A DNA stretch of 64,000 nt from Eubacteriales bacterium (GCA_045544955.1 JAZPZY010000003.1:5168-69167); one strand, 5' to 3'; counted from the stretch's first letter, positions 1-8,860 are shown. Notes: generated from the letters alone by a model not told the origin. A program made the numbers and translations.

Positions 1-410
1 CGGATCTTCTGCCGCTGACAGTACAGCGTAATTTTCGATGCCAGCCGTTCATCCTCGCCCGTGTATCCGTATTCACCGGCACGGGGAGCAAGCAGCACCG
101 CACCGTACGCCGCATTCGCTTTTTTATACAGCGGCACGATCAGCAGCACGTAATTCTCCGGTTCCGCCAAAGGGCCGGATGCCAGAACGTGTGTTTCGAT
201 GAGCGTATATTTTTTGTCCAGCAAACACAGAACCACCGCCATCGGCGGTAAATTTTCCATGAGCAGCGAGGCGTACCTGCCCAGCAGGTCGGGATCATGC
301 AGCGGCTGCGCCGCAAGAAAACGGAGCTGTGCGGATCTGTATACGTCCAGCATAAACGGAAGAGATGGCTCCGTTTTCCGTGCGGAGTCCGCTTTTTGCA
401 CGGTATCCAT
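1..410 (-). CDS. hypothetical protein, N-terminal 136 codons (continues beyond window start)
   Basis: Absent from the ORF track because no stop lies in the window. Manual minus-strand translation from ATG 410-408 ([60 protein letters not shown]...) stays open to position 3. Its ATG shares one base with the TGA (412-410) of the upstream gene. Confidence 0.55.
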   Translation of the reverse strand, partial: MDTVQKADSARKTEPSLPFMLDVYRSAQLRFLAAQPLHDPDLLGRYASLLMENLPPMAVVLCLLDKKYTLIETHVLASGPLAEPENYVLLIVPLYKKANAAYGAVLLAPRAGEYGYTGEDERLASKITLYCQRQKI

Positions 411-1768
411 CAGTTTTTCAAACTCTGCATAGGTGCGGGGATCCGGCCGCCGCGATGAATGAATTTTGCCGAGGAGCGATCGTTATGCAGAGGCATGACC
501 GGTCCGCTTCCCAAAAGACCGCCGAAGGAAAGCTCCTCGCCCACGTTTTTGCCGATAGCGGGAATCACACGGACAGCCGTGGTTTTGGAGTTCACCATAC
601 CAATGGCCGCCTCGTCGGCGATGATGGCGGAAATCGTCTCAGCCGTGGTTTCGCCGGGAATCACGATCATATCAAGCCCTACGGAGCACACGGCCGTCAT
701 GGCTTCCAGCTTTTCGATAGACAGATCGCCGGAGCGGGCGGCGTCGATCATACCGGCGTCCTCCGTTACGGGGATAAACGCACCGGAAAGGCCGCCCACG
801 TGAGAGGAGGCCATTACGCCGCCTTTTTTCACGGCGTCGTTGAGAAGCGCCAGAGCCGCCGTAGTTCCGTGGATACCGCATACCTCAAGGCCCATTTCCT
901 CCAGGATATGTGCCACGGAATCGCCCACGGCCGGCGTAGGCGCCAGGGAAAGATCCACGATGCCAAAGGGCACGCCCAGGCGTTTTGACGCTTCACTGCC
1001 CACAAGCTGTCCCATACGGGTGATTTTGAAGGCGGTACGCTTGATAATATCAGCCACCTCGGACAAATTACCGTCCGGGCACTTGGCAAGGGCGGCACGG
1101 ACGACGCCGGGACCGGATACGCCCACGTGGAGCACGCAGTCCGGCTCGCCAACACCGTGGAAAGCACCCGCCATAAACGGGTTATCCTCCGGTGCGTCGC
1201 AGAACACCACCAGCTTGGCACAGCCGATGCAGTCCCGGTCAGCGGTCTTTTCCGCCGCCTCACGGACAACCTTTCCCATCAGTGCCACGGCGTCCATGTT
1301 GATGCCGGCCTTGGTGGAGCCGATGTTGACGGAAGAACAGATATGATCCGTTACGGCGAGAGCCTCGGGAATGGATTCGATCAGTGCCCGATCGCCGGCA
1401 GAAAAGCCCTTGTGCACCAGTGCACTGTATCCGCCGATGAAATTAACGCCCACGGTACGGGCGGCACGCTCCAGGGTTTTGGCATATTCCACGGGATTGC
1501 CGCCGCTGGCAGCCGCCAGCATGGCAATGGGCGTCACGGAGATACGCTTATTGATGATCGGGATGCCGTACAGCTTTTCGATATCCTCACCCGTTTTGAC
1601 GAGATGCTCCGCATTGCGGGTGATTTTTTCGTATACCTTCTGACAGGAACGGGTGATATCGGAATCCGCACAGTCCAGAAGGGACATACCCATGGTAATG
1701 GTACGGATATCCAGATTCTCTTCCTGTATCATGGTAATGGTTTCCATGATATCACGTATATTCAGCAT
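410..1768 (-). CDS. UPF0210 / DUF711 (PFL-like) family protein
   Basis: 452-aa ORF. N-terminus [27 protein letters not shown] is typical of UPF0210 proteins. GGAGGAAA RBS before ATG 1768. Lies directly downstream of its usual ACT-domain partner. Confidence 0.9.
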   Translation of the reverse strand: MLNIRDIMETITMIQEENLDIRTITMGMSLLDCADSDITRSCQKVYEKITRNAEHLVKTGEDIEKLYGIPIINKRISVTPIAMLAAASGGNPVEYAKTLERAARTVGVNFIGGYSALVHKGFSAGDRALIESIPEALAVTDHICSSVNIGSTKAGINMDAVALMGKVVREAAEKTADRDCIGCAKLVVFCDAPEDNPFMAGAFHGVGEPDCVLHVGVSGPGVVRAALAKCPDGNLSEVADIIKRTAFKITRMGQLVGSEASKRLGVPFGIVDLSLAPTPAVGDSVAHILEEMGLEVCGIHGTTAALALLNDAVKKGGVMASSHVGGLSGAFIPVTEDAGMIDAARSGDLSIEKLEAMTAVCSVGLDMIVIPGETTAETISAIIADEAAIGMVNSKTTAVRVIPAIGKNVGEELSFGGLLGSGPVMPLHNDRSSAKFIHRGGRIPAPMQSLKN

Positions 1769-1803
1769 GGTTTCCTCCGAGATTACAATGTCTTTTCTTC
1801 CGC

Positions 1804-2073
1804 TCAGATGCGGTGCATGGAATTGAAGATATCCTCGTGCATGACGTGGATCACCATGCCGATCTGCTCACCCAGATCCGTCATGGTTTTCGTAAGGGCG
1901 TGGAAGTCCACGCTGATATCCGAAATATCCACCAGCATGACCATAACGAACATATCCTGCAGAACGGACTGGGTCACGTCCACAATGTTTGCATTGCACT
2001 GGGCACAGGCCTGGCTCACCTTTGCCAGAATACCGACGCAGTCGCGTCCCACAACAGAAATTACGGCTCTCAT
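1804..2073 (-). CDS. ACT domain-containing protein (UPF0237 family)
   Basis: 89-aa [23 protein letters not shown]... with the ACT-type beta-alpha-beta start. Shows the conserved pairing with the UPF0210 gene. Confidence 0.85.
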   Translation of the reverse strand: MRAVISVVGRDCVGILAKVSQACAQCNANIVDVTQSVLQDMFVMVMLVDISDISVDFHALTKTMTDLGEQIGMVIHVMHEDIFNSMHRI

Positions 2074-2130
2074 ACGTTTCTACTCCTGCATTTTTTAATT
2101 TGTATCCGTGTTTTTATCACATACCCGTAT

Positions 2131-2159
2131 ATTGTATCAAAAATCCACCCGAATGTCAA
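2131..2159 (-). promoter_or_regulatory. sigma-A type promoter for the ACT/UPF0210 operon
   Basis: Minus strand reads TTGACA (2159-2154), 17-nt spacer, TACAAT (2136-2131), about 55 nt upstream of ATG 2073. Confidence 0.7.
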
Positions 2160-2187
2160 GAAATACCGCGCCGTAGCGCGGTATTTC
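2160..2187 (-). terminator. intrinsic terminator after the FKBP lipoprotein gene
   Basis: 12-bp stem GAAATACCGCGC / GCGCGGTATTTC with a CGTA loop. U-rich run follows on the minus-strand transcript. Confidence 0.7.
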
Positions 2188-2202
2188 TTCATTCGCTTAT
2201 TA

Positions 2203-3348
2203 TCACTTATTCTCGGCCGGTTCCACTTCCACTGCGTTTTCGGCCAAAAACTCGTACACCTTGTCACAGAGAACGCTGTGTCTGATATTCTCCGGCGTAT
2301 AGTACTGCTCCAGCTCCTCCACGGTGGTAAGGCCGTACTGCATAGCATAAGCCAAAGCACCCGTCTGATACTCTTCGTCAGAAACCGTGATGTTTTCTTG
2401 CTGTGCCACGTAGAGCAGAATCATTTCCTGTGCCATGGTAGACTGCACCAGTGCCTGCACCTGCTGATAAAAGCTTTCAACGGTAAGTCCGAACTCTTCC
2501 TTTACAAACTCGTTCAGCGAAAGGGCTTTCTGCGAAGCCATAGCGGTGTAATAGTCCACGTGCTCGTCGTACATAGCCTTGTACTCTTTCTCAGGGTAGG
2601 AAATGATCTCCGCCTTTTCTGCGATCTTATTCCATACAGCTTCTACGGCGTAGGAGAGACGGCCCTGTTCGTAGTATGCCACCATCGAATCGTAGATCGC
2701 CTTCTCAAAGTCAGCCACGGTATCGTATTCGTAATGCTCTTTCACGAAAGCGTCGTTATACTCCGGCAGTGCCTGCTCGAACACCTTATTGATCTTTACC
2801 ACGAACTGCACGGGCTTTCCGGAAAGCTCCGGTGCGTTGGGATACGGAGAGGGGAAATGCAGATCCAACGTAACGGTATCGCCCGTCTTGTGTCCGACAA
2901 GCCCCGCCTCGAATCCTTCGATAAACTGACCGGAGCCGATGGTCAGATCGTATCCCTGGGCGGTGCCGCCCTCAAACTCCTTGCCGTCCATGTAGCCGGT
3001 AAAGTCGATATTCACCTGATCGCTCTCGGCAATGGCATCCAGCTTTTCAGCCGCCACGGCATAATTGGAGCGGGCAAGAAGCACCTGCGTTGCCACGTCC
3101 TCGTCCGTTACGCCGTACGTGTACTTTTCAATCTCGATTCCCTTATAGGAATCCAGTTTTACGTACTGAGAAAGATCGTAGTCGTACCGCGCACCGGTAT
3201 CGGCCGCGTCACTTTCTTCCTTCTGCGTATCGTCCGCAACTTCATCCGTTACGTCGTCCTGTACGTTCTTTTCGGTACAGCCTGCCAGAAGGGACGCACT
3301 CATCAGAAGCGCCAGCAGACCTGCCAGAATTTTCGTTCCAAGTTTCAT
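2203..3348 (-). CDS. trigger-factor-like FKBP-type peptidyl-prolyl isomerase lipoprotein
   Basis: I place the start at ATG 3348 (MKLGTKILAGLLALLMSASLLAGC, lipobox LLAGC) rather than the track start at 3390. FKBP-like segment FTGYMDGKEFEGGTAQGYDLTIGSGQFIEGFEAGLVGHKTGD, followed by a trigger-factor C-terminal-like helical region. Confidence 0.8.
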   Translation of the reverse strand: MKLGTKILAGLLALLMSASLLAGCTEKNVQDDVTDEVADDTQKEESDAADTGARYDYDLSQYVKLDSYKGIEIEKYTYGVTDEDVATQVLLARSNYAVAAEKLDAIAESDQVNIDFTGYMDGKEFEGGTAQGYDLTIGSGQFIEGFEAGLVGHKTGDTVTLDLHFPSPYPNAPELSGKPVQFVVKINKVFEQALPEYNDAFVKEHYEYDTVADFEKAIYDSMVAYYEQGRLSYAVEAVWNKIAEKAEIISYPEKEYKAMYDEHVDYYTAMASQKALSLNEFVKEEFGLTVESFYQQVQALVQSTMAQEMILLYVAQQENITVSDEEYQTGALAYAMQYGLTTVEELEQYYTPENIRHSVLCDKVYEFLAENAVEVEPAENK

Positions 3349-3453
3349 ATTTCCATTCCTTTTCTCTTGTTTGATTTTCAAAATAAGCATAATGCAATCG
3401 CATCTATTATAGCACCGAAAGGGCGCGTATTTATAAATACTTTGTAAATTCTG

Positions 3454-4128
3454 TTACTTTTCTGTCCGATTCCGGGAGAAAAAGAGCCAATTACACAGAC
3501 AGGCGGCAAGGAACGTGATTCCGCCGTGCAGAACCACGATGCTCAGAAACTCGCCGGCAATCACCGCGATCTCCTCCGGGTAGGGGGCAAATTCCACTTC
3601 CAGCAGAAACTGCATCAGATACACCGTCTCCATGAGAAGCCGGCCTGCCATATACACGGCAGAAGATGTAAGCACTGCACGCTCCGGCGTACCGCCCCTC
3701 CGAGAGATCCGCCGGGCAAAAAGCCAGCCCAGAACGGCAAGCAGCACGGACCAGATCCATCCGGCTCCCACGGAGAGAACGGCCAGGGGCAGTGCCGCGC
3801 CGCGGAGAGCGCCGCTCACCGCATCGATCGAAAAGGCGGCCGCAGCGTCAGCCAAAAGCACGCCGGTATGCACAAAAAGCATCTGCCGTCCTTCCCGTTT
3901 TTTACCGCTGAACACGGCGTAAACGGTAAAGGCAATGCCGGCACCGAAGGCGGCGGTAGTCAATGCTTTGCGGCCGTAATCCAACAGCGTGGGAAAAAGG
4001 GTTTCCATATAGCGGATATCCGTAGCCGTCCGGGCGTACAAAACGCCAAGGATCCGGGCGGCGGCAAGGGTAATCAAAAGCACGGCGGCACACGAAACCA
4101 GCCGCCGGCGAGAAGATCTGTCTGTCAT
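3454..4128 (-). CDS. hypothetical multi-pass membrane protein
   Basis: 224-aa ORF with several hydrophobic spans (AAVLLITLAAARILGV, AFGAGIAFTVYAVF, GWIWSVLLAVLGWLF, ITFLAACLCNWLFF). AGGA RBS 9 nt before ATG. Confidence 0.7.
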   Translation of the reverse strand: MTDRSSRRRLVSCAAVLLITLAAARILGVLYARTATDIRYMETLFPTLLDYGRKALTTAAFGAGIAFTVYAVFSGKKREGRQMLFVHTGVLLADAAAAFSIDAVSGALRGAALPLAVLSVGAGWIWSVLLAVLGWLFARRISRRGGTPERAVLTSSAVYMAGRLLMETVYLMQFLLEVEFAPYPEEIAVIAGEFLSIVVLHGGITFLAACLCNWLFFSRNRTEK

Positions 4129-4303
4129 GGGTAATTCATCCTTTTTTCAGTAAAGCAATACGTGACGGTATTATCATATCATAAATAAACCGGGAATTGG
4201 TTATTGTTTTGTGAATATTTTCGTTTTTCCAGTGGTATAGCTTCGGTAAGGTGCATATATATCGCCTGTACAGGCATTTTTACATATCAGGAGGAACACA
4301 CCC

Positions 4304-5260
4304 TTGCCAAAAGATTATGAATCGCCCGTTTGGGATAAAGACCGTGCGCTTCTGGATTTTTCCGTCCCCATGGATTACGAAAGGATGATGGCGTGCCTGG
4401 ACCTTTTTGCAAATCGGTATCCGTTTCTGTCGGTGACATCGGCCGGCACTTCCCTTTACGGAAAGACGATCCCCATGCTCCGTCTGGGAGAGGAAAGCAG
4501 TCACTGCACCGTTTTGTACGTGGGAGCACATCACGGCATGGAATGGATGACCACCTCTCTCCTTCTGCGGTTTGTGAACGAATACTGCGAATACTACAAA
4601 ACCGCAAGGCAGGTGTTTTCCATCAACATGCAGCACCTGTTCCGCTCCCGTATTCTCTGCGTCATTCCCATGCTGAATCCGGACGGCGTGGATATTCAGC
4701 TCCACGGGAGCGACGCCTCACCCATTCCCGACCGGCTGAAGATCATGAACGGCGGCAGTACGGATTTTTCCCGCTGGCAGGCTAACGGCCGGGGCGTGGA
4801 TCTGAATCACAATTACAACGCAGGGTTCACCGCCTATAAAGAACTGGAGAAAGAAGCCGGCATTCTTTCCGGTGCCCCCACCCGGTACAGCGGCGAATAT
4901 CCGGAATCGGAACCGGAGACGGGGATGCTGGCAAACTACGTCCGCTTTGACGGCAGCGTGCGGATGATTCTGACGCTTCACACCCAGGGCGAAGAGATCT
5001 ACTACACCTCCGGCGGCACCTGTCCGCCCAAGTCGAAAAACATCGCCCGGCTGCTGTCCCAGCTCTGCGGATATACCCTTTCCGTCCCCGAGGGATTGGC
5101 ATCCTACGGGGGACTCACCGATTGGGCCATCAGCACCATGGGGATTCCGTCCTTCACGGTGGAATGCGGCAAGGGGCAGAATCCCCTGCCCGTCTCCTCC
5201 TTTTATTCCGTATACACGGCGGTGCGGGAGATGCTGTTCACCGCGCCCATGCTGATCTGA
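4304..5260 (+). CDS. M14-family zinc carboxypeptidase (gamma-D-glutamyl-diamino-acid peptidase-like)
   Basis: TTG start with AGGAGG RBS at 4288-4293. Motifs HHGMEWM (HxxE zinc site), NPDGV and GVDLNHNY are typical of M14 peptidases. Confidence 0.85.
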   Translation: MPKDYESPVWDKDRALLDFSVPMDYERMMACLDLFANRYPFLSVTSAGTSLYGKTIPMLRLGEESSHCTVLYVGAHHGMEWMTTSLLLRFVNEYCEYYKTARQVFSINMQHLFRSRILCVIPMLNPDGVDIQLHGSDASPIPDRLKIMNGGSTDFSRWQANGRGVDLNHNYNAGFTAYKELEKEAGILSGAPTRYSGEYPESEPETGMLANYVRFDGSVRMILTLHTQGEEIYYTSGGTCPPKSKNIARLLSQLCGYTLSVPEGLASYGGLTDWAISTMGIPSFTVECGKGQNPLPVSSFYSVYTAVREMLFTAPMLI

Positions 5261-5264
5261 CAGC

Positions 5265-5295
5265 AAAAAATCTCCGGTTTTGCCGGAGATTTTTT
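5265..5295. terminator. bidirectional intrinsic terminator between convergent genes
   Basis: AAAAAA-TCTCCGG-loop-CCGGAGA-TTTTTT between the M14 stop (5260) and the deacetylase stop (5304). Confidence 0.8.
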
Positions 5296-5303
5296 ATTAT
5301 CCG

Positions 5304-6110
5304 TTACAGAGAGAACGTCTCGCCGGGCTTTACGCTGGCGGGCTCGTTGTTGATGGTAAACCACACCTCCACCGCACTTGGATTGAAAACCTTGCTCCGG
5401 TCCACACTTACACGGAGAGAACGCATGGCGTTCAGGTAATCCGCGATCTCAATGTTGGTAGCATACCAGGTATCCGGACGGTTGCCGGCCATTTTAGCAA
5501 ACTCCTCGATCATATCCCAGTTGTTGTCCTGGTCGAACTCATAGGCGTGTCCCCACACGTAGAAAAGACGCATCTGCTTATGGGGATGGGGCTTGTAGAA
5601 TTCTTCCAGCTTCGCCATGGGATTTTCTCTGTGGCGGCAGGTGGGCGTCCAGAGCAGAAGATCATCGGGAATACCGAAATTGCCGGAGGAGCCGTTGGTA
5701 CGGGCGTACTCGATTCTGGCGGTGCGGCACAGATCCACAACACGCTGATCCCGGCTGCCGTAGGGGTAAGAAAGTCCGCGAACCACCGTGCCCATGATCT
5801 CCTCGATCGCACGCCGATCCTCCAGCACCTCCTGCAGAACCGCCATATCGGGCAGATCCCGCATGATGGGATGGGTGACCGTATGGGAGGCCACCTCGTG
5901 CCCCTCGTAGATCGCACGCATTTCCTCCGGCTTTACCCGGCCGCCGCCGCCCAAAGAGGCGGAGTTCACAAAAAACGTGCCCCGGATCCCGTTATCCCGA
6001 AAAATTTTCGCAAGACGGATATCTGCCTCCACGCCGTCGTCGTAGCTTACGGTAATGCAGTGGGTGCATCCGCCGTGGAACAGATTGTACTTGATTACGT
6101 TCGGTCTCAT
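5304..6110 (-). CDS. polysaccharide deacetylase (CE4) family protein
   Basis: Motifs VSYDDGV and EVASHTVTHP (NodB homology). I prefer ATG 6110 (MRPNVIKY, GAGG RBS) over the track start at 6131, which has no RBS. Confidence 0.85.
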   Translation of the reverse strand: MRPNVIKYNLFHGGCTHCITVSYDDGVEADIRLAKIFRDNGIRGTFFVNSASLGGGGRVKPEEMRAIYEGHEVASHTVTHPIMRDLPDMAVLQEVLEDRRAIEEIMGTVVRGLSYPYGSRDQRVVDLCRTARIEYARTNGSSGNFGIPDDLLLWTPTCRHRENPMAKLEEFYKPHPHKQMRLFYVWGHAYEFDQDNNWDMIEEFAKMAGNRPDTWYATNIEIADYLNAMRSLRVSVDRSKVFNPSAVEVWFTINNEPASVKPGETFSL

Positions 6111-6218
6111 TTGTACCTCACAACGGATCATAGAATTTCCGCAGGATGCGGACAGATCCGTTTCGTCAGAAACAGAATACCATACGTTTATGAATTATGT
6201 ATGAACATTCCAAAGAAA

Positions 6219-6247
6219 TTGACAAATCCTCCGTATTCCTGTATAAT
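6219..6247 (+). promoter_or_regulatory. sigma-A type promoter for rlmD
   Basis: TTGACA (6219-6224), 17 nt, TATAAT (6242-6247), 35 nt upstream of ATG 6282. Confidence 0.7.
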
Positions 6248-6281
6248 AGGCAGTAACTATACGATAAACGGGGAATGCCGC

Positions 6282-7634
6282 ATGAAGAAAAACGATATCA
6301 TCCGTCTGTCCGTCACCGACGTAACCGGCGAGGGCAGCGGTGTGGGAAGATACGAGGGAATGGCGATCTTTGTACCGTTCACCGCCGCCGGCGACGTGAT
6401 CGACTGCCGGATCGTGAAGGTGCTGAAAAACTACGCTTACGGCATTATTGAAAATGTCGTGACCCCGTCGCCCTACCGCTGTGACGCCGCCTGCGGCGTA
6501 TTCAAAAAATGCGGCGGCTGTGCCTTCCGGCATTTTGATTACGAGGAAGAACTGCGTGCCAAGCAGCGGTTCGTGGAAGCGTCCTTCACACGGATCGGCA
6601 AGCTCACCGTACCGTTCGAAGAGATCCTGGGCTGTGAGCAGCTTTCCGGCTACCGGAACAAAGCCCAGTATCCCGTGGGCACGGACGACAGCGGAAACCT
6701 GGTGTGCGGCTTTTACTCCCGCCGCTCCCACCGGGTGGTGGATCATCCGGACTGTGCCCTCCAGCCGCCCGTTTTCGGCCAGATCGTTCGGACTGTGCTT
6801 TCGTGGTGCAATGCCCGCCATGTTCCGGCATACGACGAGATCACGGGCAAGGGACTGCTCCGGCATATCTATCTCCGCCGGGGCGAGCATTCGGGCGAGA
6901 TCATGCTCTGTCTCGTAGTGACCGATTTTGAAAAGCAGGATTTCTCCGATCTCGTAAAAACGGCAACGGAGCAGTTTCCCGCCATCCGCAGTGTCATTCT
7001 CAACAAAAACGCCAAAAACACAAACGTGATCTTAGGCGATACCTGCCGGACGATCTTCGGCACGGACTATATCACCGATACCATGTGCGGAAAATCCTTC
7101 CGTATTTCGCCCCTCTCCTTTTATCAGGTGAACACCCGTCAGGCGGAGCGTCTGTACGGCATTGCCCGGGACTACGCTTCCCTGCAGCCGGGGGAAACCT
7201 TGCTCGATCTGTACTGCGGCGTAGGCACCATCGGTCTGTCTGTGGCCGGTGAAAACAACCGGCTCATCGGCGTGGAGATCATCCCTGCCGCCATTGAAAA
7301 CGCCAAGGCAAATGCGGCACTGAACGGAGCGACGAATGCGGAATTCTTCTGCGGCGATGCGGGACAGATCGCGGAAAAACTGATTAAGCGGGGCGAAACG
7401 CCGGACGTGATCATTGCCGATCCAGCACGCAAGGGATGCGACGCATTGAGCATCGAAAGCATGCTGAAAATGGCACCGAAGCGGATCGTGATGATCTCCT
7501 GCAATCACGCCACCGCCGCCCGGGACTGTGCGGAACTGGTCAAAGGCGGCTACCGGATCGAAAAAGGGCGCGCCGTGGATCTTTTCCCCCGGACGACGCA
7601 CTGTGAATGCGTGCTGCTGTTATCGAAAGAATAA
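6282..7634 (+). CDS. rlmD: 23S rRNA (uracil-C5)-methyltransferase RlmD/RumA family
   Basis: The track ORF 5280-7634 has a long spurious N-terminal extension. The real start is ATG 6282 (MKKNDIIRLSVTDVTGEGSGVGR, a TRAM domain). Fe-S cysteines CGGCAFRH and SAM motif LDLYCGVGTIGL are present. Confidence 0.9.
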   Translation: MKKNDIIRLSVTDVTGEGSGVGRYEGMAIFVPFTAAGDVIDCRIVKVLKNYAYGIIENVVTPSPYRCDAACGVFKKCGGCAFRHFDYEEELRAKQRFVEASFTRIGKLTVPFEEILGCEQLSGYRNKAQYPVGTDDSGNLVCGFYSRRSHRVVDHPDCALQPPVFGQIVRTVLSWCNARHVPAYDEITGKGLLRHIYLRRGEHSGEIMLCLVVTDFEKQDFSDLVKTATEQFPAIRSVILNKNAKNTNVILGDTCRTIFGTDYITDTMCGKSFRISPLSFYQVNTRQAERLYGIARDYASLQPGETLLDLYCGVGTIGLSVAGENNRLIGVEIIPAAIENAKANAALNGATNAEFFCGDAGQIAEKLIKRGETPDVIIADPARKGCDALSIESMLKMAPKRIVMISCNHATAARDCAELVKGGYRIEKGRAVDLFPRTTHCECVLLLSKE

Positions 7635-7640
7635 AAACAA

Positions 7641-7664
7641 GCGGAGGCTAAAACCTCCGCTTTT
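7641..7664. terminator. intrinsic terminator hairpin (copy A)
   Basis: GCGGAGG-CTAAAA-CCTCCGC followed by TTTT, 7 nt after the rlmD stop. Also lies downstream of minus-strand gene 7696-8031. Confidence 0.8.
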
Positions 7665-7687
7665 CTGTTCGACAAGTTGGAATTTGT
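7665..7687. repeat. 23-nt direct repeat, copy 1 (CTGTTCGACAAGTTGGAATTTGT)
   Basis: Identical by eye to 8189-8211. A partial 11-nt copy sits at 8682-8692. Each full copy abuts a GCGGAGG/CCTCCGC hairpin. Confidence 0.9.
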
Positions 7688-7695
7688 CGCTTGAT

Positions 7696-8031
7696 TTACT
7701 TTTTTTTGAGTAACGGAGTTCCTCTTACACAAACTCCAATCTCATATATCACTTTGCTTTTATATGGATTATAAAATCCTACCGTTAAAGCATATTCAGG
7801 ACCATCATTATCTAAAATGGTTTTTAAATGTGAAATATTGTATTTTTTGTTCTTGCATTTGACTAACATGCCGTCTTCTTCAAGTTCAATTACATATGCC
7901 AGGCATTTTAAGAAATATTCATATTTTCTCGTTAAGCCATCGCAATCAATAGAATTATATTCATTCACCATGAAATCTAATTTATCAAATTTTGAATTAA
8001 CTAATGTTTCGTATAATTCATTATTTGTCAT
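7696..8031 (-). CDS. hypothetical small soluble protein (AT-rich cassette 1)
   Basis: 111-aa ORF MTNNELYETLVNSKFDKLDFMVNEYNSIDCDG... with GGAGG RBS and its own promoter module. AT-rich codon usage unlike the flanks. No family recognised. Confidence 0.7.
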   Translation of the reverse strand: MTNNELYETLVNSKFDKLDFMVNEYNSIDCDGLTRKYEYFLKCLAYVIELEEDGMLVKCKNKKYNISHLKTILDNDGPEYALTVGFYNPYKSKVIYEIGVCVRGTPLLKKK

Positions 8032-8050
8032 ATGGATTGCGCCTCCTACA

Positions 8051-8173
8051 AACTCAGTTTTACGACCTACTTTTACACACCCAGTATATCACAACCATCC
8101 CGTTTTTTCAATCTTCAGCTCAAACAATTCACAAAATCGTTATATATGGCAAAAGCGGAGGTGCAGCCTCCGC
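8051..8173 (-). repeat. about 120-nt promoter/5'-UTR/terminator module, copy 1
   Basis: Aligns by eye with 8691-8817 at roughly 85 percent. Shared blocks: CAGTTTTA, TTTACACAC, CCAGTATATCA-AACCATCCCGTTTTTTCAATCT, TCACAAAATCGTTATATATG-CAAAAGCGG. Confidence 0.85.
8083..8111 (-). promoter_or_regulatory. sigma-A type promoter of cassette 1
   Basis: Minus strand reads TTGAAA (8111-8106), 17 nt, TATACT (8088-8083), with a TGn extended -10. Confidence 0.7.
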
Positions 8174-8178
8174 TTTTT
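8155..8178. terminator. intrinsic terminator hairpin (copy B)
   Basis: GCGGAGG-TGCAG-CCTCCGC followed by TTTTT. Same stem sequence as 7641-7660. Confidence 0.75.
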
Positions 8179-8188
8179 CTCTGTTTAA

Positions 8189-8211
8189 CTGTTCGACAAG
8201 TTGGAATTTGT
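8189..8211. repeat. 23-nt direct repeat, copy 2
   Basis: CTGTTCGACAAGTTGGAATTTGT, identical to 7665-7687. Confidence 0.9.
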
Positions 8212-8219
8212 ATAACTTT

Positions 8220-8642
8220 TCATATGTTTTTTTGTTTACTATCAAGTATCCACCCCAAAACGATACCTAATATAAACAAGATTAAAGAAACTGGAATTAT
8301 CAAAAACATCAACCATAAAAAAGCTCCCCCTAATAACGTAACACCAAGTAAAAGTATTAAAATAGTGGCATCAATAACAATACACGGAAAAACCAACTTG
8401 TTAAATCTCTTAAATCTTAAAATAAAATAGGAACACGTTGCAACAATAAAAGATGATATTATTGGAATTAATACCAGCATAGGTTTTATTATTTCGTTTA
8501 AATTTGGTCCGACATGCTCACCGGAATACCCTTCACTGTCCAAAAGCATTGGATATATAAAAATAGATATACAAAAAATAGCAAATAAAATCAGAAAATA
8601 ACAAAAAAAGCCAAATAAATCTCTTCTTTGAATTCGTTTCAT
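8220..8642 (-). CDS. hypothetical four-span membrane protein (AT-rich cassette 2)
   Basis: I start it at ATG 8642 (MKRIQRRDLFGFFCYFLILFAIF...), which has a GGAGGAATCAAA RBS, not at the track start 8807 that reads through the promoter module. About four hydrophobic helices. Confidence 0.7.
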   Translation of the reverse strand: MKRIQRRDLFGFFCYFLILFAIFCISIFIYPMLLDSEGYSGEHVGPNLNEIIKPMLVLIPIISSFIVATCSYFILRFKRFNKLVFPCIVIDATILILLLGVTLLGGAFLWLMFLIIPVSLILFILGIVLGWILDSKQKNI

Positions 8643-8690
8643 TTTGATTCCTCCATGTATTGTAATTTTTGATAAATTCGACTGTTCGAC

Positions 8691-8817
8691 AAATTCAGTT
8701 TTATCGAACTCTTTACACACATCCAGTATATCATAACCATCCCGTTTTTTCAATCTGCATTTCATATAAATCACAAAATCGTTATATATGACAAAAGCGG
8801 GGGGCAAAGGCTTCCGC
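8691..8817 (-). repeat. about 120-nt promoter/5'-UTR/terminator module, copy 2
   Basis: See 8051-8173. Ends in a degenerate third hairpin GCGGGGG-GCAAAGG-CTTCCGC (8797-8817). Confidence 0.85.
8725..8753 (-). promoter_or_regulatory. sigma-A type promoter of cassette 2
   Basis: Minus strand reads TTGAAA (8753-8748), 17 nt, TATACT (8730-8725). Same sequence context as 8083-8111. Confidence 0.7.
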
Positions 8818-8860
8818 TTTCTTCTTCGTCACATATTCTCTCCCCGATACGCAAAGTGCA

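Noticed and set aside
5280-6281. N-terminal 334 codons of the 784-aa track ORF that ends as rlmD
   Set aside because: This part is antisense to the CE4 deacetylase gene. RlmD homology begins at MKKNDII (ATG 6282), which lies downstream of a consensus promoter at 6219-6247.
7635-8860. Integron-like attC interpretation of the 23-nt repeats and hairpins
   Set aside because: A GTTTAAC string occurs near 8184, but there is no RYYYAAC/GTTRRRY pair in the right geometry, no intI gene and no attI in the window. I keep only the neutral description (duplicated cassettes).
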